This document shows, one piece after another, positions 1-8,942 of a stretch of 64,000 nucleotides of DNA. A program made the position numbers and the translations under genes. The notes beneath the pieces are model-generated. The model saw only the letters and a program-made list of their open reading frames with translations, had not been told where the DNA came from and did not search any database. The first letter of the stretch is position 1, and each line of letters opens with the position of its first letter. The stretch is from Candidatus Peribacteria bacterium RIFOXYB1_FULL_54_35 (lineage in GTDB: Bacteria; Patescibacteriota; Gracilibacteria; Peribacterales; Peribacteraceae): assembly GCA_001787755.1 (NCBI GenBank), contig MFYJ01000001.1, forward strand, positions 946-64,945. Direction: 5' to 3'.

Positions 1-406
1 GAGAAGAGCTTGGCTACCCACATACCCATTTTTGAAGGAAGGATATTCATATTATGTTTATTTGAGCTAACAAGTCAAAGCTTTGACTCCTAGTATTTTA
101 GCATGAATCACCTCATAAATCCACTTCAGAGGAAAAATTTGGCTATTCCGAGATTCTTAGAAATAATTCCAAATCTTCAATTTCCCCCCTTTGGAAGGTT
201 CTTTCCATTGCCACCAACGATTGTTGAGTGCCTTATTCTTGCTGCCAAATATATTCATACATCGAGCTTAGCACTCGACAAATTAACCAACAATGTCGCC
301 ATCATCCGAATGTATATAAGAAACTTCTAGAATCTCAGATGAACCTCTGGATGCCACAAAGACACGCAATTGAGAAAATATTATTCCTCGTGTAGGTTTA
401 GCACCT

Positions 407-550
407 ATGGAAAATTTACTTTGGGTTGCTATCTTTGCTTCTGGAGCCGCTTTTTGGAATACCATCCAAATCAGTAAGCAATTGACAAAGACCAACCAAT
501 TCTTAATGGAAAAGCTTGGGACCCCACAACACCCTGAGGACTATAAATAA
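407..550 (+). CDS. small hypothetical protein with hydrophobic N-terminus (47 aa)
   Basis: Read manually: MENLLWVAIFASGAAFWNTIQISKQLTKTNQFLMEKLGTPQHPEDYK*. Below the ORF-track size cutoff; AT-rich context. Confidence 0.4.
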   Translation: MENLLWVAIFASGAAFWNTIQISKQLTKTNQFLMEKLGTPQHPEDYK

Positions 551-609
551 GAACCCCTTAAGGTAACCCGCTCTTGTCAATAAGAAAATATAAATGTACT
601 TTTTGTAGT

Positions 610-1179
610 ATGTTTAAGCAGTGGAAGCTAAATTTCCAAATCCGTTTCGCCAAGAATAAAGCAAAGACATTGGAACTGCCTAGGCTCGTTAATTTACTCT
701 TTTATGAAATCAATCATAGAAGATATCGGTATCAGGTAGAAGGCATTACGAAAAAGGAGATAGAAGAAGAGGCAATGTTTATACCTCAGTCTATTCGTTC
801 TGTAACAGAAATATCTTCAACATCTCCTAAGAATGCTTTACCAAAAGAAGCAATGTTCCTGGAAAACAAGTATATCGGTGCAGTACGCTTCCTCAATAAC
901 AATAATAATTATATTCTTGCACTTGCACAAGAAGACCTTTCCGAATCAAAAGAAACACATTTATTTTTTAATAATAAGTTAGTATTTAGTTGTCGTAGAA
1001 TAGTTGGTGGTTTTTTCGTAAAAGATGAAATTGATGCTTTTATTGATGGTAAATGGGTTAATGACATAAAAAAACTAGCACTAGAAGCTGAAGAGCTACA
1101 AATGAAACGAAACAAGTTCTTTAATCGGAAAAACCGTAATCTTGAAATTAATAAAATAAAGAAAAATTTTGGCATATGA
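610..1179 (+). CDS. hypothetical protein, AT-rich accessory gene
   Basis: Long ORF in a low-GC segment; ATG at 610 (track start TTG 574); no recognisable motif. Confidence 0.6.
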   Translation: MFKQWKLNFQIRFAKNKAKTLELPRLVNLLFYEINHRRYRYQVEGITKKEIEEEAMFIPQSIRSVTEISSTSPKNALPKEAMFLENKYIGAVRFLNNNNNYILALAQEDLSESKETHLFFNNKLVFSCRRIVGGFFVKDEIDAFIDGKWVNDIKKLALEAEELQMKRNKFFNRKNRNLEINKIKKNFGI

Positions 1180-1275
1180 TTTCATGCCATAGCATGGACT
1201 GTAGAGGGAGAAAAGCTAGTCCCTACCTTGCGTCCTCCACTGTCACAGAGTGCCCAAAAGAAAGGGCATATTAGC

Positions 1276-1292
1276 TGGTGGGCCAGGAGGGA
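1276..1292 (-). repeat. duplicate of tRNA-Tyr 3' end (att-like direct repeat)
   Basis: tggtgggccaggaggga versus tggtgggccgggaggga at 1694-1710, 16/17 identical, includes the CCA end. Confidence 0.85.
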
Positions 1293-1304
1293 CCCCTCCA
1301 CTCG

Positions 1305-1541
1305 TCATATGAGACGTTTATTCCGGAAGGCAAAACCTGATGATGACTTCAGGTACTTCTCAAAATCCAATGCTTTCTCTCTTGTCTTGAATGCTGAGTA
1401 GAAAACAAGTTCCTCTGGTTCAATGCGACTCGTTGTTGGCGAGGAATGGTTCTTATGTCTCACAAGCCTCTTTTTTAAATCTCTTGTAAACCCAATGTAG
1501 AATTGCCCATTCTTGAGTTTGAGGATGTATACAAAATACAT
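1305..1541 (-). CDS. small GIY-YIG nuclease (UPF0213/SLX1-like), 78 aa
   Basis: MYFVYIL...FYIGFT..L.KRL..H...FEKYLKS. ATG at 1541 has TATGAT 6 nt upstream. Confidence 0.9.
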   Translation of the reverse strand: MYFVYILKLKNGQFYIGFTRDLKKRLVRHKNHSSPTTSRIEPEELVFYSAFKTREKALDFEKYLKSSSGFAFRNKRLI

Positions 1542-1555
1542 AGGCAGATCATAAT

Positions 1556-1696
1556 GCCCCACTTCGCTTTGCTGCGCAAAGCTCCGCGGGGCACACTTCG
1601 CACTTTCGTAACTGGAGATGGCGCGCCACACAACTTCGCCTGCGGCTACGCGGTGTACCACGCGAAGCTCTTCGTATAGCGAAGAGCGAAGTGTGG
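1556..1696. repeat. cluster of three REP-like palindromes (CGDAG-hairpin-CGAAG core)
   Basis: 1556-1593 gccccacttcgctttgctgcgcaaagctccgcggggca; ~1629-1656 cttcgcctgcggctacg; 1657-1696 accacgcgaagctcttcgtatagcgaagagcgaagtgtgg. Confidence 0.75.
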
Positions 1697-1778
1697 TGGG
1701 CCGGGAGGGATTCGAACCCCCGAAGGCAAGGCCACCTGATTTACAGTCAGGCCCGTTTGACCACTTCGGTACCGACCC
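1694..1778 (-). tRNA. tRNA-Tyr (GTA)
   Basis: Reverse complement folds as a cloverleaf: acceptor GGGTCGG/CCGGCCC, anticodon arm CCTGA-CTGTAAA-TCAGG, long variable arm, GGTTCGAATCC, encoded CCA. Confidence 0.97.
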
Positions 1779-1867
1779 ACGTAAGCGAAAGAATCAGTGC
1801 CAATAGTGCAGAGAAGCACCATTTGACTGTTGGAGTGTACTTCCCACTCCCCTAGAATTCAATCCAC

Positions 1868-2737
1868 ATGTTCTACCTTCTTGCTGTGAGCTCCATGCTC
1901 GGCTACGCGCTCCAGAACGCACTCCTCGTGCGATATGCACGGCGTATGGACGGGCTGAGCCTGGCCTTCTACCGGAATATCTCCTTCCTCGTCACCCTCC
2001 TTCCACTCCTCTTCCTCTCTTCACCGCAGGAAATTGCCGAAGTACTCTCACACTGGAAAGTGCTCCTCATCTCCGGCATTGCCGGAGGGGTGTACCTTGC
2101 CATCGTCTTCGAGTCCTATCACTTCATTGCCATTGGTGTAGGCCACACTATCAAACAAGCAGCCATCAACATCCTCATGGCCCTCGCAGGTCTCCTGCTC
2201 TACGAAGAAGTGCTCCCTGCAATGGAATTCCTCCTCGTTGCGGTTGTCGTCCTTTCCTGCATCTGGCTTTCTATGCAGCGGGTGGATGCACCCCACATCT
2301 CGCAGAAACTCCTCCTTGGCATCTCGCTCTCTCTCCTCTCTGCTTTTCCCGTCATCATCACAAAAATCATCCTCACAGATATGAGCCGTGCAGTTGATCC
2401 TCTCGCAAGCGGCTACTTCTGGGAAGCGGCAATAGGCATTGCATCTGCCGTGACCATCCTGCTGCGATGGGTGCTCCTCCGGAGGGGACTGACACGCATC
2501 GACTCGCGTACCATGCTCGGCATCACTGCCGCGGCCTCCCCTACTCTCATCGGAACAGGATGTTATGCACTCGCTCTGAGCATGGGGCCCATCGCCATCG
2601 TGAGCGCCATAGGAAGCGGATCACTGATTGTCACGGCTCTCTGTGGCTGGCTCTGGTACCACGAGAAACTGAGCCGTTCCCAGTGGGCAGCGCTCGTGTT
2701 CATACTGGTGGCAATTGCGTGGCTGAAATTTGTGTAA
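1868..2737 (+). CDS. EamA/DMT family transporter
   Basis: 289 aa, ~10 hydrophobic segments, two-repeat DMT pattern ending in W-Y-H-E-K-L. Confidence 0.8.
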   Translation: MFYLLAVSSMLGYALQNALLVRYARRMDGLSLAFYRNISFLVTLLPLLFLSSPQEIAEVLSHWKVLLISGIAGGVYLAIVFESYHFIAIGVGHTIKQAAINILMALAGLLLYEEVLPAMEFLLVAVVVLSCIWLSMQRVDAPHISQKLLLGISLSLLSAFPVIITKIILTDMSRAVDPLASGYFWEAAIGIASAVTILLRWVLLRRGLTRIDSRTMLGITAAASPTLIGTGCYALALSMGPIAIVSAIGSGSLIVTALCGWLWYHEKLSRSQWAALVFILVAIAWLKFV

Positions 2738-2791
2738 GCGAGTAGCGGTTAGCGTGTAGCGACTAGCCGCTAATCGCTAATCGCAAGCCGT
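2735..2791. repeat. 7-nt periodic intergenic palindrome between convergent genes
   Basis: gtagcgg ttagcgt gtagcga ... ccgctaa tcgctaa tcgcaag. Confidence 0.7.
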
Positions 2792-2792
2792 T

Positions 2793-4010
2793 CTATTTAT
2801 CCCACCGTATCGCCTCCATGGGACTTAAGCTCGCAGCTTTCTTCGCAGGGACAATGCCGAAGAGGAGACCTGTCCCGAGCGCCATGAGCACTGCTGCAAG
2901 TAAAGCTGGGAAAGAGAGAACAAAGGGAACATACCCGATATACTTACTCGCTGCTGCAGCAAGGATCATTCCAAGTGTCATCCCCCCAATGATGCCGATA
3001 CTCCCGCCAACAAGCGTGAGCGTTACAGCCTCTATGAGGAACTGGAGCAGAATGTCGTGGCCACGTGCACCCACAGCCTTGCGCAACCCGATCTCCCTCG
3101 TCCGCTCCGCTACGGAGACAAGCATGATATTCATAATGCCGATGCCGCCGACGAGAAGAGAAACCCCGGCAATGAGCGCAATGAACACCGTGAGCCCGAG
3201 CGTGACCTGACCGACAATCTTCGTCGCTTGCTCAGCGGAACGGGCACGGAAATCATCTTTATCGTAGTCGTTCTCAGGATTGTCTATGCCATGGCGCTGG
3301 CGCAGAAGCAACGTGACGTCTGCAAGTGCAAGTTCGTCATCCTCTACCGCCTGCATCGTCATGTAGCTCAGCTCCTTCTGTCCTGTTGCAGAGCGCGCAG
3401 TGGTAAATGGAACAAAGACAAAGGTATCGAGATCCTGCATGAGAGCAGAACCTACACTCTGCATCACACCCACCACAGTATAGGAGCGACTCCCTATCTG
3501 CACGCGTTCACCGAGCGGACTTCTTTGGCCAAAGAGATCCTCCGCTGCCTCATACCCAAGCACTGTCACAGATCTCGCCGCTTTTTCATCGGCTTCGGAA
3601 AGGAGTCTCCCCTCCCCCAATTTGAGCCCATAGTTCGCAAAAAAGTTGGATGTCGTCCCGAATATATTTGGCGATAACTCTTCCGTTCCATACTGCACTT
3701 TCTCAGTAATAAATATTACCGGCGCAACACTCTTTACAGTGGTGAGCCCGGTTATCGCCTCGTAATCGCCGTAGGTCACGCTATCGAGCGTGCGGCCGAA
3801 TTTCTCGTAGCCTGTTGGATAGAGCTCAATGAGGTTGTTGCTGAACGATTCGACCTGATCGAGAATATAGCGCTCAAAGCTGCGCCCAACGGAGACCATG
3901 AGCACCACGGAACCGACTCCTATGATGATGCCGAGCATCGTGAGGAGTGATCGCATTCTGTGAGCGACAATTGCCCTGTGAGCCGTTTGGATGGTGTCGC
4001 GAAGGAGCAT
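2793..4010 (-). CDS. MacB-family ABC transporter permease
   Basis: RSLLTMLGIIIGV and GGIGIMNIMLVSVAERTREIGLRKAVGA motifs. Confidence 0.95.
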   Translation of the reverse strand: MLLRDTIQTAHRAIVAHRMRSLLTMLGIIIGVGSVVLMVSVGRSFERYILDQVESFSNNLIELYPTGYEKFGRTLDSVTYGDYEAITGLTTVKSVAPVIFITEKVQYGTEELSPNIFGTTSNFFANYGLKLGEGRLLSEADEKAARSVTVLGYEAAEDLFGQRSPLGERVQIGSRSYTVVGVMQSVGSALMQDLDTFVFVPFTTARSATGQKELSYMTMQAVEDDELALADVTLLLRQRHGIDNPENDYDKDDFRARSAEQATKIVGQVTLGLTVFIALIAGVSLLVGGIGIMNIMLVSVAERTREIGLRKAVGARGHDILLQFLIEAVTLTLVGGSIGIIGGMTLGMILAAAASKYIGYVPFVLSFPALLAAVLMALGTGLLFGIVPAKKAASLSPMEAIRWDK

Positions 4011-5239
4011 TATTCGTACCGGAGTGCGTTCATGGGAGAGAGCTTGGAAGCCTGTCTTGCCGGGTAGATGCCAAACACAAGCCCTGTGAGAATCGCCATG
4101 GCGAGAGCAAGCCCAATGGCAGGAACCGAAAGCGCAAAGTCATAACTCTCGAGGTATTTGTCCACAATCAATGCTGCCAGACCGGCGAGGCCGACACCGA
4201 AGACAACACCAGCGATGCCGGCAAACAGGGTGAGGAGAATCGCTTCGAAGAGGAACTGGAGAAGAATATCCCTCCCTCGTGCTCCCACGGCCTTCCGGAG
4301 GCCTATCTCACGGGTACGCTCGGTCACCGCAACCAGCATGATGTTCATGATGCCGATGCCGCCGACGACCAGAGAGATGCCCGCAATAGTGGTAATGAAC
4401 AGTGTGAGACCCAATGACACCGCACCAAGAATATCATTCGCTTGCTGCGACGTGCGGACGATAAAGTCGTCTTCGTCCGTATCTCCTTCCGGGTTCACAA
4501 TGCCATGCCTCTGGCGAAGCAGGGACTCCACATCTGCTTGCGCGAGATCAAAATCTCCCACTGCCTGGAGTGTGATGACATTCACATGCTTCTGACCCGT
4601 TACGGCACGTCCCGTGGTGAGCGGAATGAAAACAAACTCATCCGCATTCTGGAAGAACTGCGTCCCAACCGGTTCCAGTACCCCCACCACGGTATACTGC
4701 AGATCTCCCAGCCTTACCTGCTTGCCGACCGGATCTTCCAGCCCAAAGAGATCATCTGCGATATCGGAACCGAGTACCACAACGTGCCGCGCGCGCATGA
4801 TGTCCCGTTCTTCCAGAACACGGCCGACTGCAACCGGCATCTCACGGTTCTGAAAATACGGCGGCGTCGTTGCAATGACACGGGGTTGCGTCTTCTCTCT
4901 GCCATAGACAGCGGTGGGGATATCCACAAAAATCGCCGGCGCAACACTCGTGATGGTTGTGAGCCGTTCCAACGCCTCGACATCATCAAATGTAAGGCTG
5001 TCGAACCCCGCGGCGAGCGTGCTTTCCACTCCTTCTTTCTGCCCAGGGAACACCACCATGCTCTGCGCACCTATGGAGCTGATCTGACTGAGTATGAGCA
5101 CCTCCATACTTGCACCGACCGCTGTCATGAGTACCACGGAACTCACACCGATGATGACCCCAAGCATCGTGAGCATAGAACGTTTCCTGTTGACGCCGAT
5201 CGCTCTACGGGCCGTCGCGAATGTGTCTGTGATGAACAT
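4010..5239 (-). CDS. MacB-family ABC transporter permease (paralog)
   Basis: Same MacB/FtsX motifs (GGIGIMNIMLVAVTERTREIGLRKAVGA). Confidence 0.95.
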   Translation of the reverse strand: MFITDTFATARRAIGVNRKRSMLTMLGVIIGVSSVVLMTAVGASMEVLILSQISSIGAQSMVVFPGQKEGVESTLAAGFDSLTFDDVEALERLTTITSVAPAIFVDIPTAVYGREKTQPRVIATTPPYFQNREMPVAVGRVLEERDIMRARHVVVLGSDIADDLFGLEDPVGKQVRLGDLQYTVVGVLEPVGTQFFQNADEFVFIPLTTGRAVTGQKHVNVITLQAVGDFDLAQADVESLLRQRHGIVNPEGDTDEDDFIVRTSQQANDILGAVSLGLTLFITTIAGISLVVGGIGIMNIMLVAVTERTREIGLRKAVGARGRDILLQFLFEAILLTLFAGIAGVVFGVGLAGLAALIVDKYLESYDFALSVPAIGLALAMAILTGLVFGIYPARQASKLSPMNALRYE

Positions 5240-5241
5240 GG

Positions 5242-5982
5242 CTACTTGAGGTGTTTCACATTCTTGGCGTGGTTCCTCTTGAAATCACGCGTGTCGGTCG
5301 CAATGCGCCCATCAAGAATGTGAATGACGCGCTCGGCATACTCTGCAGTCGTCTTTTCATGCGTGACGAGAACGATGGTTCTCCCCTGCTTGCTGTGGAG
5401 ATTTTGCAGGACCTCCATCACCTGAATGCCGGAGGCGCTGTCCAAGTTTCCCGTCGGTTCATCCGCGAAGATGACATCCGGCTCGGTGACGAGTGAACGG
5501 GCAATGGCTGTGCGCTGCTGCTGGCCGCCGGAGAGCTGGTTGGTGAAGTAGGTGGCGCGCTCTGTGAGACCGACTTGCTCAATGGCTTTCATCCCTCTCT
5601 CCGTGCGCTCAGATGCAGGAATGGTCGGGTGATAGAGCAGTGGAAGAATGACGTTATCCAACACAGTCGTGCGGGGGAGCAGGTTGAATGCCTGGAATAC
5701 GAAACTCACGCGCGTCGCGCGGATGCGGGCAAGCTCGTCATCGTGGAGCACACGCGTCTTCTGGCCGCGGAAGAGGTACGAACCGGAAGTGGGAGTATCC
5801 AGGAATCCGAGAATGTGCATGAGCGTGGATTTGCCCGATCCGGAAGGCCCCATGATGGAAATGAACTCTCCCTCGCGGATCGTGAGATCAATGTCAAAGA
5901 GCACCGGCGTTTCCATCCCATCATTGAAGTACGACTTGCAGAGATCAACAGTCTCGATCAGCGGTGGATTCTGCTTTGCCAT
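5242..5982 (-). CDS. ABC transporter ATP-binding protein (MacB/LolD type)
   Basis: Walker [10 protein letters not shown], signature [17 protein letters not shown]. Likely start MAKQ at 5982. Confidence 0.95.
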   Translation of the reverse strand: MAKQNPPLIETVDLCKSYFNDGMETPVLFDIDLTIREGEFISIMGPSGSGKSTLMHILGFLDTPTSGSYLFRGQKTRVLHDDELARIRATRVSFVFQAFNLLPRTTVLDNVILPLLYHPTIPASERTERGMKAIEQVGLTERATYFTNQLSGGQQQRTAIARSLVTEPDVIFADEPTGNLDSASGIQVMEVLQNLHSKQGRTIVLVTHEKTTAEYAERVIHILDGRIATDTRDFKRNHAKNVKHLK

Positions 5983-6019
5983 AGGTTGAGACTGAATGAT
6001 AAATTGAAAATTCCATTTC

Positions 6020-7777
6020 CTATTCTTTAATGAGGATAACCACTTTCTCCCCTTCTTCCACCCCACTGATGACTTCCACGTCGGTATCGGACTCCATGCC
6101 GACAACAACAGTGCGCTCCTCTATCTCATCTCCCCCATGGAGAATGCGGACGATATTCTGCCCCAGCGCATTCTTGATGACAGAACGTCCCGGCACCATC
6201 GTCACCTCCTTCTGAACCCCGGTGATGATCTCCACGTCACCCGTCATGCCAATCTTCAGGTTTTTCTCTTCGTCCTCAAGGAAATCGAGCTTGATACGGT
6301 ACTTCGGCACTCCATCGACTAAGGTGGCAGCAGGATCAATTTCTGTCACCTGCAGGAGAAAGTCACGGCCGGGGTAAGCATCGAGTTCCACGCCCCCTTC
6401 CTGCTCGTACTGCACTTTGGGAATGTCGATCTCGGAAACGAACATTTCCACGCGGTACGGACTGTCCCCGAGCATGGTAATCGCACGGTTGAAGTCCTCG
6501 AAATCCCCGGTAAATTCTCCGGCCTTCAGGTTCACCTTGGTGATGCGCCCGGCGATGGGAGCCTTGAGAACGGTATCATCCAGTCTTGCATGCGCGTAGC
6601 GGACCCCTGCGTACGCTCTGTTTGCCGCTGCTCTTGCAGCATCGATATCCGCCTGCCGAGCACCGGCTTTCTTCAGCGCCAGCTGGGCCTCCTGCACGCG
6701 CAGCGACGTCTCGTACGTCGCAATATCTGCCAGTGCTTTATCCTTGGTTCCCTGTGCGGTCGCGAATGCGGATTCCTCCGTTGCAATCTGCGTGCTGAAA
6801 TTCGCAGAGGCATCCCGGGTGGCCTTGAGCTGATCCTCTATGTCATTGAGGGCACTCTGGATGCTATTCCTCTCGCCGGCAAAAGAATCCTTGTACGTCT
6901 CCTTTGTTGCAGTAGTGAGATAGTTGGAAGTAGGCAGGGAGACCATGATGGTATACGCATCATCCGCTGCAGCAACAGCGTGCAAAGCAGCCTCCCGCGC
7001 TGTTCCCAAGTTCAAAAGCGCCTCTTCGAAATCTGCTGGCCTGCTCCCAAGAAGTGCATCCGCAATGGCCACACCCGTTTCCTCACGCTTGCGCACGTAC
7101 ACCTCATACTCAATGCGGGACCGGAATTCCACCGCATTCTTGATGACGGTGGTATCGAAGTAGTCGTCGAGTTCATTGAGGGAATTCTCAATATCAGTGA
7201 GCTCCTGGGAAATGGTGCTGCCTGCAGTGGAGACATAGCCACTGAGACTGGTCTCCGCCTCGCGGTGCAACTGATCAAGCTCACCCTGAGACCGCCCGAG
7301 ACTCCGCTCGGCATTCTCCAATGTGGCGCGCGCTGCTGCGAGAGCCGCCCGCTTGTTTTCTACTTCCGCTTCCGCGATTGCGATTTCCTCCGGACGCGTT
7401 CCCTCTTCAAGTGCCCGCAGATCTGCGAGAGCGGCCTGGTAACTAGCAGAAGCAGACGAACGGTCAGCCTCCAGGCTGTTATTGCGCAGTTCTGCAAGCA
7501 CCTGATCTGCTTCCACGGTATCACCCTCTTTCACATAGACCTCCTCCACTACCCCGGTGACAGGAAACTTCAGCTCCAAATCTTTCTCGGAGATCACCGT
7601 GCCCACTGCCTCCACTGACTGAATGAGATCCCCTCTCACAGCCTCAGCTGTGATGTACTCCGGCTTCTCCGGTGCGAACAGGAAAAATCCAAGCGCAATG
7701 AACGGGAGCAGGATAATGGCAAGGAGGAGGAGCAGCTTCCAGCGCCTCCGCACAAACTTCCAGACAGCATGGCACAC
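6020..7777 (-). CDS. efflux periplasmic adaptor (MacA/HlyD-like) with long coiled coil
   Basis: N-terminal TM, lipoyl halves (GVVEEVYVKEGDTV, LKAPIAGRI), C-terminal VEVISGVEEGEKVV. Start uncertain. Confidence 0.9.
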   Translation of the reverse strand: MCHAVWKFVRRRWKLLLLLAIILLPFIALGFFLFAPEKPEYITAEAVRGDLIQSVEAVGTVISEKDLELKFPVTGVVEEVYVKEGDTVEADQVLAELRNNSLEADRSSASASYQAALADLRALEEGTRPEEIAIAEAEVENKRAALAAARATLENAERSLGRSQGELDQLHREAETSLSGYVSTAGSTISQELTDIENSLNELDDYFDTTVIKNAVEFRSRIEYEVYVRKREETGVAIADALLGSRPADFEEALLNLGTAREAALHAVAAADDAYTIMVSLPTSNYLTTATKETYKDSFAGERNSIQSALNDIEDQLKATRDASANFSTQIATEESAFATAQGTKDKALADIATYETSLRVQEAQLALKKAGARQADIDAARAAANRAYAGVRYAHARLDDTVLKAPIAGRITKVNLKAGEFTGDFEDFNRAITMLGDSPYRVEMFVSEIDIPKVQYEQEGGVELDAYPGRDFLLQVTEIDPAATLVDGVPKYRIKLDFLEDEEKNLKIGMTGDVEIITGVQKEVTMVPGRSVIKNALGQNIVRILHGGDEIEERTVVVGMESDTDVEVISGVEEGEKVVILIKE

Positions 7778-7894
7778 TATCTTCCAGGGAATACTTCTGA
7801 TGAGAGTGAGAGAATTCTTCAGGTTGCGTTGAAATGGGAATGTTTAGGTATACTAAATCATTCTATTTTACCACAAAACAAATATCCCATCAAT

Positions 7895-8746
7895 TTATGA
7901 CTTCAGCCCTGCAACTGCAGAAAGAGCCTCCTTCACCGCTGTCTCCACAGGACGCATTTTGATGCCTTCGGAAAGAAGCTTTTCATTGGTGAGCACACAA
8001 TTGCTGCGCCCGGCTTTCGCCACCTGAGAGAGCTCTCCGAGCGTGAGACGCTCAAACGTGTGCCTCGGATCCACGAGTTCCCTATAGAGCTCCATAATTC
8101 TGTACGGCGATATCACCCCAGGATTCACCACATGGTACATACCCGTTTTCCGCCTTTCTATGAGCACCTTCGCCGCAGCGAAGAAATCTGGCAGATATGT
8201 GAGAGAATTTTCTGTGCCGAGCACGCGGGAATACTTCGTGAGTTTGGAAATGAGATTGCGTTCATGCAGGGAACCATCAAACGGCATGCGGAGCCGGAGA
8301 ATGAGCACCCCTCCGGTGCCGTCGGGGCCGGCGGGAAATTCCCTGAGAATCTCGTCGCACGCCGCTTTTGTCCGCGAGTAGAAGCTGCCTCGGAAGTTCG
8401 GAGCATCCTCCTCCGAAAAACCCTTTCCCCCGTTATCCCCCTGGTACACGCACCCTGAACCCAAATGCACCCAGTAGATGCCTCGCTTAGCACACTCGTC
8501 CAGCAATACGAGCGGCCCTGTGATATTCGCACGCACCGTTTCCTCCTTGTGATCCTCACACCAGTCGATATTCGGACGTCCCGTTTTCCCTGCAGCATTG
8601 ATGACAACATCGGGCTTCTCAGCATCCAATGCCACCGCAACCGCATTGCAGTCTGCGATATCGACTGGAGGAGCCACTGCATTGGGGAAAAGCCTGAGGA
8701 ACTCCTGGCCCATGTAGCCCTTTCCACCAAAGACGAGGATTTTCAT
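7895..8746 (-). CDS. NDP-4-keto-6-deoxyglucose epimerase/reductase (RmlD-like SDR, NRS/ER type)
   Basis: GGKGYMG Rossmann motif, GKTGRPNIDWCE, catalytic YSRTK. Confidence 0.85.
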   Translation of the reverse strand: MKILVFGGKGYMGQEFLRLFPNAVAPPVDIADCNAVAVALDAEKPDVVINAAGKTGRPNIDWCEDHKEETVRANITGPLVLLDECAKRGIYWVHLGSGCVYQGDNGGKGFSEEDAPNFRGSFYSRTKAACDEILREFPAGPDGTGGVLILRLRMPFDGSLHERNLISKLTKYSRVLGTENSLTYLPDFFAAAKVLIERRKTGMYHVVNPGVISPYRIMELYRELVDPRHTFERLTLGELSQVAKAGRSNCVLTNEKLLSEGIKMRPVETAVKEALSAVAGLKS

Positions 8747-8816
8747 AGCACGGCATATGGTAGCCGAGAGAGAAGAGAACCTCTAGTCAGATGGAAGACC
8801 TTCTGAATCAGGGAAG

Positions 8817-8883
8817 TTCATTCGCTCGTTTACTCGTTGGCTCGTTCCAACGAGGAACGAGTGCACGAGTAAACGAGCAAACG
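8817..8883. repeat. 8-nt periodic intergenic palindrome
   Basis: gctcgttt actcgttg gctcgttc ... gaacgagt gcacgagt aaacgagc. Confidence 0.75.
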
Positions 8884-8942
8884 TCCGTACCTTGCGAAAA
8901 ACTGGATTTTTCATTCCAACCGTACTGCGATATACTACGCCT

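Noticed and set aside
1-1179. TGA recoding (genetic code 25)
   Set aside because: Conserved genes such as ftsK, rdgB and gyrB end at TGA at the expected positions, and no in-frame TGA was needed to read the genes.
8309-8335. Possible palindromic in-frame insert (AGPDGTGG) in the epimerase-reductase
   Set aside because: Imperfect hairpin lacking the CGWAG/CGRAG core; could be an ordinary Gly/Pro loop.
8774-8784. agagaacctct matching the MITE left end
   Set aside because: Only 11 bp with no partner inverted end.
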